From positions 12,153,834 through 12,217,833 of the forward strand of contig CM082579.2 in assembly GCA_040954595.2 (NCBI GenBank): 64,000 nt of DNA, given 5' to 3'. This stretch comes from Balanoglossus misakiensis (Eukaryota; Animalia; Hemichordata). The notes below the pieces were generated by a model. It did not search any database. It was not told where the DNA came from and saw only the letters and a list, made by a program, of their open reading frames with translations. Shown one piece after another: positions 43,101 through 53,231 of this stretch. Each line of letters opens with the position of its first letter. The first letter of the stretch is position 1. The position numbers were made by a program, and so were the translations under genes.

Positions 43101-46026
43101 CAGAAAACCACGTCCTTCGCACTAAAATACGGATAAATAAGTGTCCTTCGCTTTCCTTCGGCCAAAATTACGGAGCTACACCCGTCCTTCGGCGTTTAAT
43201 TCGAAGCTAAACCAGTCCTTCGGCCTCCAGCATACAGAAAACCACGTCCTTCGCACTAAAATACGGATAAATAAGTGTCCTTCGCTTTCCTTCGGCCAAA
43301 ATTACGGAGCTACACCCGTCCTTCGGCTTTAATTACCGAACTAAACCTGTCCTTCGGCCACCAGCATAATTAATTACCGAACTAAACCTGTCCTTCGGCC
43401 ACCAGCATAGAGAAAACCTTTTCCTTCGGCCAAAATTACGGAGCTACACCCGTCCTTCGGCGTTTAATTCGAAGCTAAACCAGTCCTTCGGCCTCCAGCA
43501 TACAGAAAACCTTTTCCTTCGCACTAAAATATGGAAAAAACAGTGTCCTTCGGTTTCCTTCAGTTTCCTTCGGTTTCCTTCGTTTTAGGTTATGCTAGGG
43601 TGAACACCTTCGAACCCAGGTCAAAAAAATTGACCCATCCCTTAGTCATGTCAGCTGATCATGCCAAATCGTTCACATTCGCGCTAAAGAGAACACACAC
43701 AAAGCCTGAAGTGAATCGCTGACAACTTAAGAGCTCGCCTCGAATATCGGGTTTTAAGATTTTTCTGCTTTAGGTCAAAATTAAAGAATAAAACTGGGGA
43801 GCGGGTCAGCGAGCATAATTTTGAATGGGAGAGAAACATTGTCTGAAATTTGAAATTCAAAATTGTCAACAATCTCTGTTTCCACACTTTGGTGAAAATG
43901 TATTACACTGTGATTTGTATATAAAAATAGAGAAAGAGACGTTGGACAATACGTTTCTTCTTTGTTCTCATAAAAGACTCCGACCACACTTAACATAGCA
44001 GCAAACTGACAGGTTTGAAGGACTATCATCTTTCTACAAATCTGTCCCGAGGCTCATACAACCTTATAGTCTCGGTTACCCAGACCCCTCTGCTTCTTCC
44101 GCTGCGCACCAGAAAGAGGCTGGAGCGCAGCGGAAGAAGCAGATGGGTCTGGGTAACCGCGGAGACTAACTTCCTTACAGAAAAGAATCATGGTGTATAT
44201 ACAGGATATAGAAAACGCTACATGTATACCTTGAGAAGATCATGCCGGTTACCGTATCTGGAGTGACACTCGATGTAATAACCGAACAACTTGGTGACAG
44301 TGTGGGTGATGTTAGACGGATAGGCGATGTTCACGCGCTGGCACAGGGTGTGCACAGCCAAGGATTGGTACAGGAATCTTGCCAGATCAGTCCAGTAGTT
44401 TGGTAGTGAGTCGCTCTCGTGAAAACACCCCTGTGTGTCCCCATCGGCCACTACCATGAAGGCCGGGTGGTTGTCGTTGAGATGTTTATGCCAACCTTCA
44501 GAGTACCAACTGCCGTATCCCGTGAACACTTGGAATTTCGTGTTTTCTTGCAGGTGAAAGATGATGAGGTTTCTTGCAAGTAGCTTGGACGGTGTGCTCA
44601 ACCAAATACTTTCCATGCACTTGAAGAAGACGACGTGGAACAAACCACCGCGTTCTGTGAAGTACTGCAGGAACTGTTCCACGAGATAGACCAAGTGTAG
44701 GTACTGGCCACCATGTTGGAAATCGAGGCTAGGCGTGGACAGAATCTCCAGAACCAACGAGTCCCCATCAATGACGAACAATTCCGATTCTACGAAATCG
44801 TTCATAAGGTTAACAACACTGTCGGGTCAAGAATGTAACAACACAGAGAAAACGGTGTCAATTTTACGTATTAAACCATATCAACTTCTAATACTTTGCA
44901 TTGCTGTCTATTTACATTTCATCACACCGGCAGCATTCGTGCACGATTGCAGTTACAGTCTAGCCCCACTCTGTCCGAAAAATGAGTCTTAATGTTCGCT
45001 GAGCATGACCAAATTGTTACCAATAAGGCAGTACGCACCAAGAATGTCTGACACTGCAGGTTAACCATTGAAAAATGAAACTCTTCACATAGGTTTGACA
45101 TGTGCGAAAAGCTATGTGAATTTAGTAAGACAAAACTTAAAATGCCGACATTGTGATCGAAAAATCGAGCTTTAGTGACTTACGAAGGTACGAAGTAACT
45201 GCAAATTTTGTCGACTTTAGTCACATGACGTCCAATCATCTTGGCACCGTTTTCCGGTAACAATGTCAACGATGATAGCAGCCAACATAATGTGTCTTCC
45301 GTCTTGTTACTGGGGGCGCTTTCGTTGGAGTCTTCACTGTCTATTGGTTGAAAATAGAAATGACACTTAGGCCCACAGAACACCCTAGCCGTTGCGTCAC
45401 GTTCAAAACCATGCGACCATACTGCTAACCCGAGAAAGAGTTGGTCAGGCGCACTGAGTTACAATTCTGAACGCAACACAACAGTGTGACGTGTTTAAGA
45501 GTCCAACACTCCACACTTTATATACTGTGAACGAAATCGTGGAGCTGTTTTTTTCACGGAGCTACCATGCAAGGGGATGAACGTCAAAATGCTTGAGAGG
45601 TTTACAGCATGCCAGTAAATTCCAACACAACACAAATGACGTAGAATGCAGTTCTTAATGCACAATTAAAAAAAAAACGATATTGTCACTTGATGCTCTG
45701 TGTGTTTAACGCAGATACTCGTTGACAGTGGCAATGGCTTTCACGGAGATGGAATAGCGATAGACAATACCTTCACTTGACGGTGTGGAATCGGATCTTG
45801 ATTCGTCGGAGGAGGAATATACCGGTTCATCCTCAGAAGGGAGTGACTCAGCGTTTTCTCCACTGACGTCGCATTCTTCATCATCATTATCATCACCGCC
45901 ATTATCATCGACTGCACTGGCGTCACATTCTTTATCATCACCATCATTATCATCGACTTCATCCTCCCAATCATCCGGAATGTTGGCCTGACTGCGGATT
46001 TGCCACTCCTTCTCCGCGCCACTCAT
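6878..46026 (-). CDS. DDX60: DDX60-like DExD/H-box (SKI2-family) antiviral RNA helicase, 37 coding exons, ~1905 aa
   Basis: Phase-consistent GT-AG exons: 46026-45771, 45340-45184, 44818-44230, 39268-39185, 38001-37822, 37356-37207, 36728-36545, 34582-34424, 33774-33684, 33479-33361, 32938-32754, 32117-32069, 30755-30543, 30132-29891, 23371-23213, 22611-22462, 22167-22048, 21878-21783, 20783-20668, 19294-19197, 18740-18580, 18305-18201, 17232-17098, 14600-14431, 13944-13777, 13422-13293, 12783-12631, 12401-12297, 11637-11437, 10627-10523, 10176-10038, 9753-9653, 9146-9005, 8566-8385, 8098-7947, 7523-7461, 6986-6878 (sum 5718 nt). DDX60 hallmarks: [122 protein letters not shown]. Confidence 0.93.
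11140..11320. mobile_element. One arm of the palindromic MITE seen intact at 57680-58120
   Basis: Near identity to 57886-58120 (CCGATGTTTACTTTATC..GATGGGGCACACAGAT..GCAGGTGCTTAATGGGAAATG). Confidence 0.6.
11437..12783 (-). CDS. DDX60: DDX60 exons 27-29 (helicase C-terminal motifs)
   Basis: [10 protein letters not shown] / [25 protein letters not shown] / [18 protein letters not shown]. Confidence 0.93.
14322..14409. mobile_element. Mini piggyBac-like MITE, copy 1
   Basis: TTAA|CCCTTTCATCCC..TCTTTAGAGGTCCAA..GGTGGTGAAGGG; paralog at 38041. Confidence 0.55.
15101..16600 (+). mobile_element. Non-autonomous Helentron/DINE-1-like element, copy 1
   Basis: 5' subTIR with inverted copy (AGGGCCCAAGCG..CGCTTGGGCCCT), (TTCT)n tract, internal ~180-bp and ~240-bp tandem units, then 3' GCTTGGGCCC plus stem-loop GCTGC-TC-GCAGC and a T-rich flank. 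Confidence 0.65.
19450..20206. mobile_element. PIF/Harbinger-like MITE family H, copy 1
   Basis: TIR GGGACCGTTCAGTTTTTACGG / CCGTAAAAACTGAACGGTCCC, TSD TAA. Confidence 0.85.
20668..21878 (-). CDS. DDX60: DDX60 exons 18-19 (DEVH split by an intron, SAT motif)
   Basis: 21878-21783 ..KYVIFDE | 20783-20668 [31 protein letters not shown]. Confidence 0.92.
22462..22611 (-). CDS. DDX60: DDX60 exon 16 (Walker A, motif Ia)
   Basis: [39 protein letters not shown]. Confidence 0.93.
23213..23371 (-). CDS. DDX60: DDX60 exon 15
   Basis: [32 protein letters not shown]; canonical splice sites. Confidence 0.92.
23745..24600. repeat. 21-bp minisatellite (TTGTCTTGTGCATTTATATAC), left arm
   Basis: Direct tandem array; inverted counterpart at 27945-29080. 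Confidence 0.92.
24851..27080 (+). mobile_element. Helentron/DINE-1-like element, copy 2, nested in the left arm of the IS3EU-like element
   Basis: AGGGCCCAAGCC..GGCTTGGGCCCT 5' end, ~240-bp tandem units, 3' GCTTGGGCCC + GCTG..CAGC hairpin. The host arm resumes at ~27078 (inverse of 27660-27705). Confidence 0.65.
25540..26335. mobile_element. TTAA-targeting MITE (Kolobok-like)
   Basis: ~55-bp TIRs GATGGGTCCCCCGGATC../..GATCCGGGGGACCCATC, TSD TTAA; interrupts CCTGC|TTAA|CTCATTAATT of the host repeat. Confidence 0.75.
27945..29080. repeat. 21-bp minisatellite, right (inverted) arm
   Basis: (GTATATAAATGCACAAGACAA)n. Confidence 0.92.
30874..31585. mobile_element. TTAA-targeting MITE (Kolobok-like)
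   Basis: TTAA|GGTGGCATTGTATGAAA ... TTTCATGCAATGCCACC|TTAA. Confidence 0.7.
31700..31976. mobile_element. Harbinger-like MITE (GGCCAAA termini); partial second copy at 48277-48555
   Basis: GGCCAAATAAAAAA..TTTTTTTGGCC|TAA; shared CCGATTACATGGTTTTCAAAAATAGGGTAGGTAGG. Confidence 0.65.
34900..36445 (-). mobile_element. Helentron/DINE-1-like element with ~240-bp tandem array (about 4 units) and (CATC)n
   Basis: Units at 34975-35900 are the reverse complement of those at 16060-16460 and 26340-26930. Terminal inverted repeat AGGTCCCAT..ATGGGACCT at 36403-36439; microsatellite at 36310-36385. Confidence 0.65.
37148..37195. repeat. (AAC)n microsatellite
   Basis: Direct reading; intronic, next to the exon 6 donor. 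Confidence 0.9.
38041..38126. mobile_element. Mini piggyBac-like MITE, copy 2
   Basis: TTAA|CCCTTTCA ... TGAAAGGG|TTAA, 86 bp. Confidence 0.65.
40462..41369. mobile_element. hAT-like MITE nested in the foldback arm
   Basis: TIR CAGTAAGGTGCGGAATTGTGT / ACACAATTCCGCACCTAACTC; 8-bp TSD AGTAAAGC/AGGAAAGC (1 mismatch). Confidence 0.65.
41539..42392. mobile_element. P-element-like MITE nested in the foldback centre
   Basis: Perfect 32-bp TIR CACGGTTACTAGAAGAAGACGGTTAGGAAACT, exact 7-bp TSD TCCCGGT, CA..TG termini. Confidence 0.75.
44067..44168. mobile_element. Hairpin MITE (TAG..CTA), ~100 bp
   Basis: Near-perfect palindrome; flanks ACAACCTTA/ACTTCCTTA resemble a decayed 9-bp TSD. Confidence 0.6.
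44230..44818 (-). CDS. DDX60: DDX60 exon 3 (N-terminal PIN-like region)
   Basis: [39 protein letters not shown]; cag|T acceptor, AAG|gtatac donor. Confidence 0.92.
45771..46026 (-). CDS. DDX60: DDX60 first coding exon (acidic low-complexity extension)
   Basis: ATG at 46026 lies downstream of acceptor ttttag|G (46066). The GAAG|gtattg phase-1 donor joins exon 45340 in frame. Confidence 0.75.
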
Positions 46027-46777
46027 CTCGTCAACGTTTTGCAGTTGCTAATCTAATGTTGTACACCTAAAAGCAACGCAATAAACGGAAACTCGTTTAG
46101 ATGTCTATGGAACGTACTAATCGACGCCCAAATTCTCGAACTCCCATTGTCAACTCCCGACCTCAAACATTGACGTGATTTTGAAACTTGTAACTTGTCG
46201 TGGTCGCATTTAGAACACAAATACACAAGTCTTCAATCAGCATTTTCAACGCACGTACTCGATTTCGAAGTTTTCAAAGTCTCATTTCAAAACACGTACT
46301 AGTATTTGACATCATTAAAATTAAATGAGCGTTGCAAAACACGTACTAGTATTTGGCAACTTTCAAATGAGCATTTCAACACTAATATCCACAGTTGATA
46401 GTTGTTTGATCTGATAAAACCGGTACAAGAAATTTGTCCAAATTGATAGTTAAATTATTTAAAATACGCCCCCAAAACGAGTAACACAACTCCGGAAACT
46501 GAGATCATTTGTTTGCCCCTTTGAAATATATTTTCGCTGAAGTTAAACGCATTGAGGTAGCAAAAGGCTCCGTAATTGTTTTTTTTTTATTTTTTTTTTT
46601 TATAAAAAAATAAAAAAAGGCTCCGTAATTGTTGGTAACTTAGTTTTCTGTAAGATATTTTGACACCAAGTTAAAAATATTGTCACGCCTGAGTTTTGAC
46701 GCTCACTGATCTTTTCTGTGATAACGCAAGAAGGCATTCACATGTATGCCAGTGTTGAGGTAGTTGACCTAGCGTGA

Positions 46778-46962
46778 TAGACTGTCGACAGTCCCTCGCG
46801 CCTAATGTGTATCGATTCGACGTTTCGAGCGAGGGCCGTAAGGCCCGATTTGGCGTTTCGTGGTGCGATGGCCGTCCGCACGAAACGCCGAATCGGGACT
46901 TTGGCCCTCGCACGAAACGCCGTATCGATACACATTAGGCGCGAGGGACTGTCGACAGTCTA
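46778..46962. mobile_element. Hairpin MITE (TAG..CTA) with 9-bp TSD
   Basis: ~39-bp perfect TIR TAGACTGTCGACAGTCCCTCGCGCCTAATGTGTATCGAT; TSD CTAGCGTGA/CTAGTGTGA. Confidence 0.75.
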
Positions 46963-47091
46963 CTAGTGTGATCAAGACTGTAATTGACACATATGTCAGA
47001 ACGAGATGTCAAAGAGATATCACGTGACAGAATTGGTGAGATGACCGACGTATTCCTTTTATAAGTTAATATTTAACTAAAGCATTTATAA

Positions 47092-48233
47092 GGGACCGTT
47101 CAGTTTTTACGGCCGAGGGGGGGGGGGGGGCGGCAAAATCCAGGGGGGGGGGGTCACTTAAATTTTGAAGTCCACAAGGGGGGGGGGTCATCTGGATTTT
47201 TTAAACGTTTAGGGGGGGTCACATACTTTTGCCACCGAACTTTTGCTTTTGAGTCCACAAAATTGCAGTTTCGCACCCTTTATTTTACAAAATTTTCTAA
47301 TTTTCCCACACCCACCCCCTATATTCTCCGCCACATTTCATTTGGGGCTGGTTTGTCTAGTGTACCAGGGCAGAGTGCTTGCCACCCCAACCCCACCGAT
47401 GATAATATTTAACAAAGTGAATACAATTGTTTAAACCATTTTGCATAACTAAGAGTTTCGCGCTGCATCTTCTATATACTAGAAGTTTTATAAATGATGT
47501 CATGACAAGATGACGCCAAATCTTCTAACTTTGAGTGGAGTGGCAAAAAGTAAAATTGGTCCTCCCAAACATTGAGATAATTTGCTTTTGAGTTCATTAA
47601 AATGCAACTTTGCGCTACATATTTTACAAAATTTTCTTATGGGACACCCCCTCCCACACCCACCCCCTCCAGTCTTCGCCACATTGCATTTATTCACTGG
47701 TTTGTCTAGTGTACCAGGGAAGACTTCTTGCCACCCGCCGATGCTTACTTTGACTGGAGTGGCAAAATTAAAATGTGTCCTCCCTAACATTGAGTTAATT
47801 TGCTTTTGAGTTCATTAAATTGCAACTTTGAGCACCGTATGTTACAAAATTTTCTTATGTGGGAGCGGGACACCCCCTCCCACGCCCACCCCCGCCACTT
47901 TTCTTGTTTTACCGATTCTAGCAACTATTGTATTGACTTGTCATTTTAATTTGTTCATACATTTCTTTATTGCAACGATATACTATTATATACTTCAATA
48001 ATACTTTAAGAAAGAGGTGTGAGGAGCCTCATTTCCTTTATTGCATACAGTGTACATAGGATCAGGTCGGCGAATGTTTTGGGCGTGGGGGGGGGGTCAT
48101 CATATTTTTGGGTCTGTCAAAGAGGGGGTCATCATTTTTTGGTCCTGGCTGAAGGGGGGGTCGGCCTGATTTTGAGAACCGATGACACAAACTTGCCGCC
48201 CCCCCCCCCCTGCCGTAAAAACTGAACGGTCCC
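47092..48233. mobile_element. Harbinger-like MITE family H, copy 2 (longest)
   Basis: Same TIR as 19450; TSD TAA. Confidence 0.85.
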
Positions 48234-49129
48234 TAAGGTGTGGCGATCGAGAGCTGGTTTCACGTGAGAGCCATGCGGCCAAATAAAAAAAACACGTGGT
48301 GTTCCGATTACATGGTTTTCAAAAATAGGGTAGGTAGGTAAGGAAAGTTTTTTTTATTTTGCAATTTTTTTTATTTCTCTTGCCGCCGTAGTGTAAGAGA
48401 ATGACGTCATAGTTCTTACGTGATGCGCGTGATTTCGTTATATTTCGCGCAATTTTCATAAATTTTGTATATTTGACATCATTATTTTTACTTCCGGGTT
48501 TACGAAGCACTAAAATGTTTAGTGTCGGCGGGTTAAAATAAGGGTAGGTCGGTAGCGTTCTTTTCGCGTTTGTGAAGACATCATATGGGTCAATGACATC
48601 AGATAGCAATATGTTGTGAAATATGTTATCAATTATTGTTTAATTATTATTAATTTTACCCCATATCCTCTATCAGCCATGTCATGTGATAACGCAAGCC
48701 CGTCCACCTTTACGTCTGTTAGGCCTATCTCATTCAGAACAGATAAAATGACAAAGTCTCTAAGTGGTGAGTCAGTATTTTTAGACCAGTTTCATACTTA
48801 GAACGTTTTAGAAGCATCTCAATTGAATTCGTCTGAACGGGGTATGTGACAGACTCCTCTAAACACTGCACTACCATGCAATGTATTCACACGATAATGC
48901 CGCGTGGGTTTTCAACGTATTGATCCGCCTGTTGACCAAGACGTATAACGTGTAAAACAATGAATTCATGCTTCGCTTGTTTTAGACAAGGCAGGGTGCG
49001 AGCACAGGCTTGACCTTTGAACGTCTTTCGAGGTCACTTTGTTAAATACATTTTACGACGTGTGTTTCAAACACGGCGGCATCGTCCGCTCGCAAAGGTC
49101 CGTCGTTAGCTCGACTACAGTCTCGGAAA

Positions 49130-49615
49130 GCAAAGACCCTGGCGGGCGAAGGTGACATGACCGTGACGCGGAAGGAACTCGACTGCACAATTCTGTCGGC
49201 GACAGAGGAACATCATCTACACCCACAAAATATCCACGTTATAAAACCATAGCCTAAGCCAATAACAAAAGTCCACCCTTACCTTGCGGTCAACACGCCA
49301 GGAGAATAACGTAATGAGGGAAGGTGTTGGCTTGAATTGCCTGAACAATGCTTTACGGTGCGCAAACGATTTATAGTACAACACGTTGCAAATTTCCCTG
49401 AAATCACGTGATTTCGTGGAATTGGGTGATTAGCTACATGTATATTCGCCGAAGATGAAAAAGAAACCGAGGTGTGTTTGGCGGGGGGGGGGGGGGGTCC
49501 CACTGGAGTAAACTATATACCTGTATACTGCAGTACGCAAAAGAAAAAAAATACACAAGTCGCCTCATCAACGTCCAATGTAGTGCTAATGGGAAGCACT
49601 TTCATTTTACACTTG
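49130..49615 (-). promoter_or_regulatory. Candidate DDX60 promoter/non-coding first exon, copy A
   Basis: Minus-strand donor CAAG|gtaagg at 49283, E-box CACGTG at 49405-49410, ISRE GAAAAAGAAACC at 49457-49468; paralogous to copy B. Confidence 0.5.
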
Positions 49616-50327
49616 TGTGGTCGGATACACGGGATCGACCCGGACACGGAACAACGTAACGGGCACAGAAACCGCACTTGACAGCTCTTGATCTTGTAGT
49701 ACATTGGTGCTGTTAACTACGATGGCGCTTGTGGTAATGGGCCGGTGGTTTTTGCCAGGGAATTTAAGCCGCGGGCTGGCTGCTATAATTGATAGCTTTG
49801 TTGGGCTGGTTGGTTAGCCGGATCGTGAGCGATGCATGTTTCGTGCGGCTCGCCCTGTAGACCCTGCAACCAGGCGCGAGCCGCAGGAATCATGCATCGC
49901 GCACGATGCAGCCTAGCCACCCAACCATCCCACCAAGGATACAATTTAATTGCAGTTTGTCGCAGGCCTAGTTTTGACACCATATCATCGGTTAGACCCT
50001 TAAAATATCGGCAAATTGTCATAAAAGTCTTTGAATTTAAGACAGGCCGATTGGTTGGTTTGGATTTAAAAGACCATGCGAAGTTTCTCCAGATATTAAA
50101 ATCTTACAAGATCATGTATAGGTAAACATTAATAGGTCAATTCCAACTAAACTATTTACTCAGAATACTGATTCCAGTGAACGATGATGAAGTATATTTC
50201 GAGAATTACTTAGTGGGTGCCAGCCGTTGGAATGTGTACTTGCTTTTGCATTTCAGTATTTCGTTTCTCAACTCAGGGCGCTTTTATAGTAATGGCCATT
50301 GTTATTGTTGAAAATATAATTCACTTA

Positions 50328-51093
50328 GGGACCGTTCAGTTTTTACGGCAGGGGGGGGGGGGCGGCAAGTTTTTGTCATCGGTTCTCAAAATCAGGCTGA
50401 CCCCCCCTTCACCCCGGACCAAAAAATGATGACCCCCTCCCTTTGACAGACCCAAAAATATGATGACCCCCCCCCCCTAATGTGCAATGTGGCGAAGAAT
50501 GGAGGGGGTGGGTGTGGGAGGGGGTGTCCCCCTCCCACGTAAGGAAATTTTGTAAAATATGAAGCGCAAAGTTGCATTTTAATGAACTCAAAAGCAAATT
50601 ATCTCAATGTTTGGGAGGACCAATTTTACTTTTTGCCACTCCACTCAAAGTTAGAAGATTTGGCGTCATCTTGTCATGACATCATTTATAAAACTTCTAG
50701 TATATAGAAGATGCAGCGCGAAACTATCAGTTATGCACAATTATTCTCCTTTATGTATTCACTTTGTTAAATATTATCATCGGTGGGGTTGGGGTGGCAA
50801 GCACTCTGCCCTGGTACACATGACAAACCAGCAAAAAATGAAATGTGGCGGAGAATAAATGGGGTGGGTGTGGGAGGGGGTGTCCCCCTCCCACATCAGA
50901 AAATTTTGTAAAATAAAGGGTGCGAAACAGCAATTTTGTGGACTCAAAAGCAAAAGTTCGGTGGCAAAAGTATGTGACCCCCCCTAAACGTTTAAAAAAA
51001 ACAGATGACTCCCCCTTGTGGACTTCAAAATTTAAGTGACCCCCCCCCCCTGGATTTTGCCGCCCCCCCCGGCCGTAAAAACTGAACGGTCCC
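50328..51093. mobile_element. Harbinger-like MITE family H, copy 3 (opposite orientation)
   Basis: Same TIR; TSD TTA; interior is the reverse complement of copy 2. Confidence 0.85.
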
Positions 51094-51469
51094 TTATCAA
51101 CAATGTCATTACTCATATACAGGAGCTGTTGATAATTCAGCTAAAGACTGAACATTTCATCAAGCTATCCAATGTAGAACAAGAAACCGAATTTGATAAA
51201 CTTGGGAGAACAATTCTGAAAAAAGTAGCCAAAAATGACAGATACTATGGCTTCAATACTGAAAACAACACATCGAGAATTTATCATGAAATTGAACATG
51301 AAAAGTGTGACCCTCCCCCTCCCAGTTTTTCACAATGTGATCCTCCCCCAAGGGCGAGGCAGGTTTGTAAAATTTGACCCAATTTCATCGGCCCACCCCC
51401 CTCACAATTACTGAAGGCTCCCTTTGATTTCGGTTGCGTGATCCGAGTACAGTCTCCCACAACAGCTGA

Positions 51470-52620
51470 TTCAAACACGGCATGACCTTTGAACCCATTC
51501 CGTTGTTTCCAAACATGGCGGACGCGGAAGGGTCTTAACAGCAAATCCTTGTCGTCGACAGAGCTGGACATCGCCTAAACCCACAAAATATATAGGTTAT
51601 AACCATAGCCTAGGCCTATAACATAATTCCACCCTTACCTTGTGGTGAATTCCTCCGGTTAATTCTCGCCAGGAGATGAACGTAGGCCTAGTGGCTGAAG
51701 CTGCCTTAGGGGGCGTACGTGAACAATGTTTGACGGTGCGTATTAGGGACCGTTCAGTTTGTACGACCGGGGAGGGCGGCAAGATTGTGTCATCGGTTTT
51801 CAAAATCAGGCCGACCCCCCTTCACCCAGGAGCAAAAAATGATGACCCCCCCTTTTGACAGACCCAAAATATGATGATCCCCCCCCCCACGCCGAAAACA
51901 TTCGCCGTCCTGATCCTATGTACACTGTATGTAATAAAGGGAATGAGGCTCCTCACACCTCAATTATAAATTTCTTAAAGTAAGTGAAGTATATAATAGT
52001 ATATCGTTGCAATAAAGAAATCTATGAACAAATTAAAATGACAAGTCAATACAATAGTTGCTAGAATTGGTAAAACAAGAAAAGTGGCGGGGTGAGCGTG
52101 GGAGGGGGTGTTCCCCTGCCACATTAGAAAATTTTGTAAAATAAAGGGCGCGAAACTGCAATTTTGTGGACTCAAAAGCAAACGTTCGGTGGCAATAGTA
52201 TGTGACCCCCCCTAAACGTTTAAAAACCCAGATGACCCCCCCCCCTCTTTTGGATTTCAACATTTAAGTGACCCCCCTGGATTTTGCCGTCCCCCGAACG
52301 GTCCCTTATATATTTAAACGAAAACTGGCCGTCTGTCGCCCGCGATCAATCAGTATACCACGTTGCATCTTTCCAAAACCACGTGATTTCGTGGAATTGG
52401 GTAATTAGCCATTCGCCAAAATTGAAAACGAAACCGAATTTTGTGCATAATAAAAACACCTCTCTCTGTTTGGGTTTTGAACAACATGAGGTGTGTTCAG
52501 GGTGAGTAATAGGCCTATATATGATGAGCCTATACTGCAGTACGAAAACGAAATAATTTCCCAGTTGATATATCGGCGTTTCATTATAATGCAAATGGGT
52601 ATAGCACTTTCATTTTAGAC
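51470..52620 (-). promoter_or_regulatory. Candidate DDX60 promoter/first exon, copy B (interrupted by a MITE)
   Basis: Donor CAAG|gtaagg at 51639, CACGTG at ~52380, ISRE GAAAACGAAACC at 52424-52435. Confidence 0.5.
51746..52305. mobile_element. Harbinger-like MITE family H, copy 4
   Basis: GGGACCGTTC..GAACGGTCCC, TSD TTA. Confidence 0.8.
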
Positions 52621-53197
52621 GTCCAGAGAACATTTCGAGAATTACTGAGGCACAGGAACCCGTATATTTACTTGGACTTAAACCTGTGCTAAAGATAACT
52701 GTATTTCTTTGTGCTGAATTTTTACAGTAAGGCCTAGCACTAAATTATTTAAAAATACCTAGATTGCATTTCTTCTAAAAGTATAAGGTTCTGGTTATAA
52801 CCATAGGCCTACCCACAAGCCCTCATTTATTACGTTGTGATATGTAGCTGTGTCGGTGTGTCGGGGGTCATTGACCTTTGGTCAAATTTTGTAGCCTGCC
52901 GTATTCGAAATATTTCGACAAGTGTAGATGAATAACGTCAATGTTGTTTCTTTTCTCAAAGCGATGTATGTAAGTCAGCTGTACAGATGACTAGATTTGG
53001 AATATAGCTAACCGCAAATTACAACGTTAAAACTCATCACAATGTACAAAACCGATGGAAGGCACTGATAATTATTACCCTGTTTGATGCGATGGTAGGG
53101 TTCACACTTATTCATATTGAAAGTACATATTTACACTATGAGATCATCATTTTTCCATTGAAATATTTGTCAACTAATCCGAAACTAATTTTCTTTC

Positions 53198-53231
53198 GGG
53201 GAAATCTGAGAAGCAAACTGAAAGGGAAAGT
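53198..53231. promoter_or_regulatory. Adjacent kB-like and IRF/ISRE-like motifs in the divergent intergenic region
   Basis: GGGGAAATCT followed by AAACTGAAAGGGAAAGT. Confidence 0.4.

Larger units (their letters stand above)
39590..43588. mobile_element. Foldback-type non-autonomous DNA element with ~0.9-kb inverted arms of ~122-bp CGAAGGA-rich tandem units
   Basis: CTAAAACGAAGGAAACCGAAGGAAACTGAAGG.. at left is the reverse complement of 43555-43588. Arms 39590-40460 and 42620-43588. TSD unclear (GGGTGA near both ends). Confidence 0.75.
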
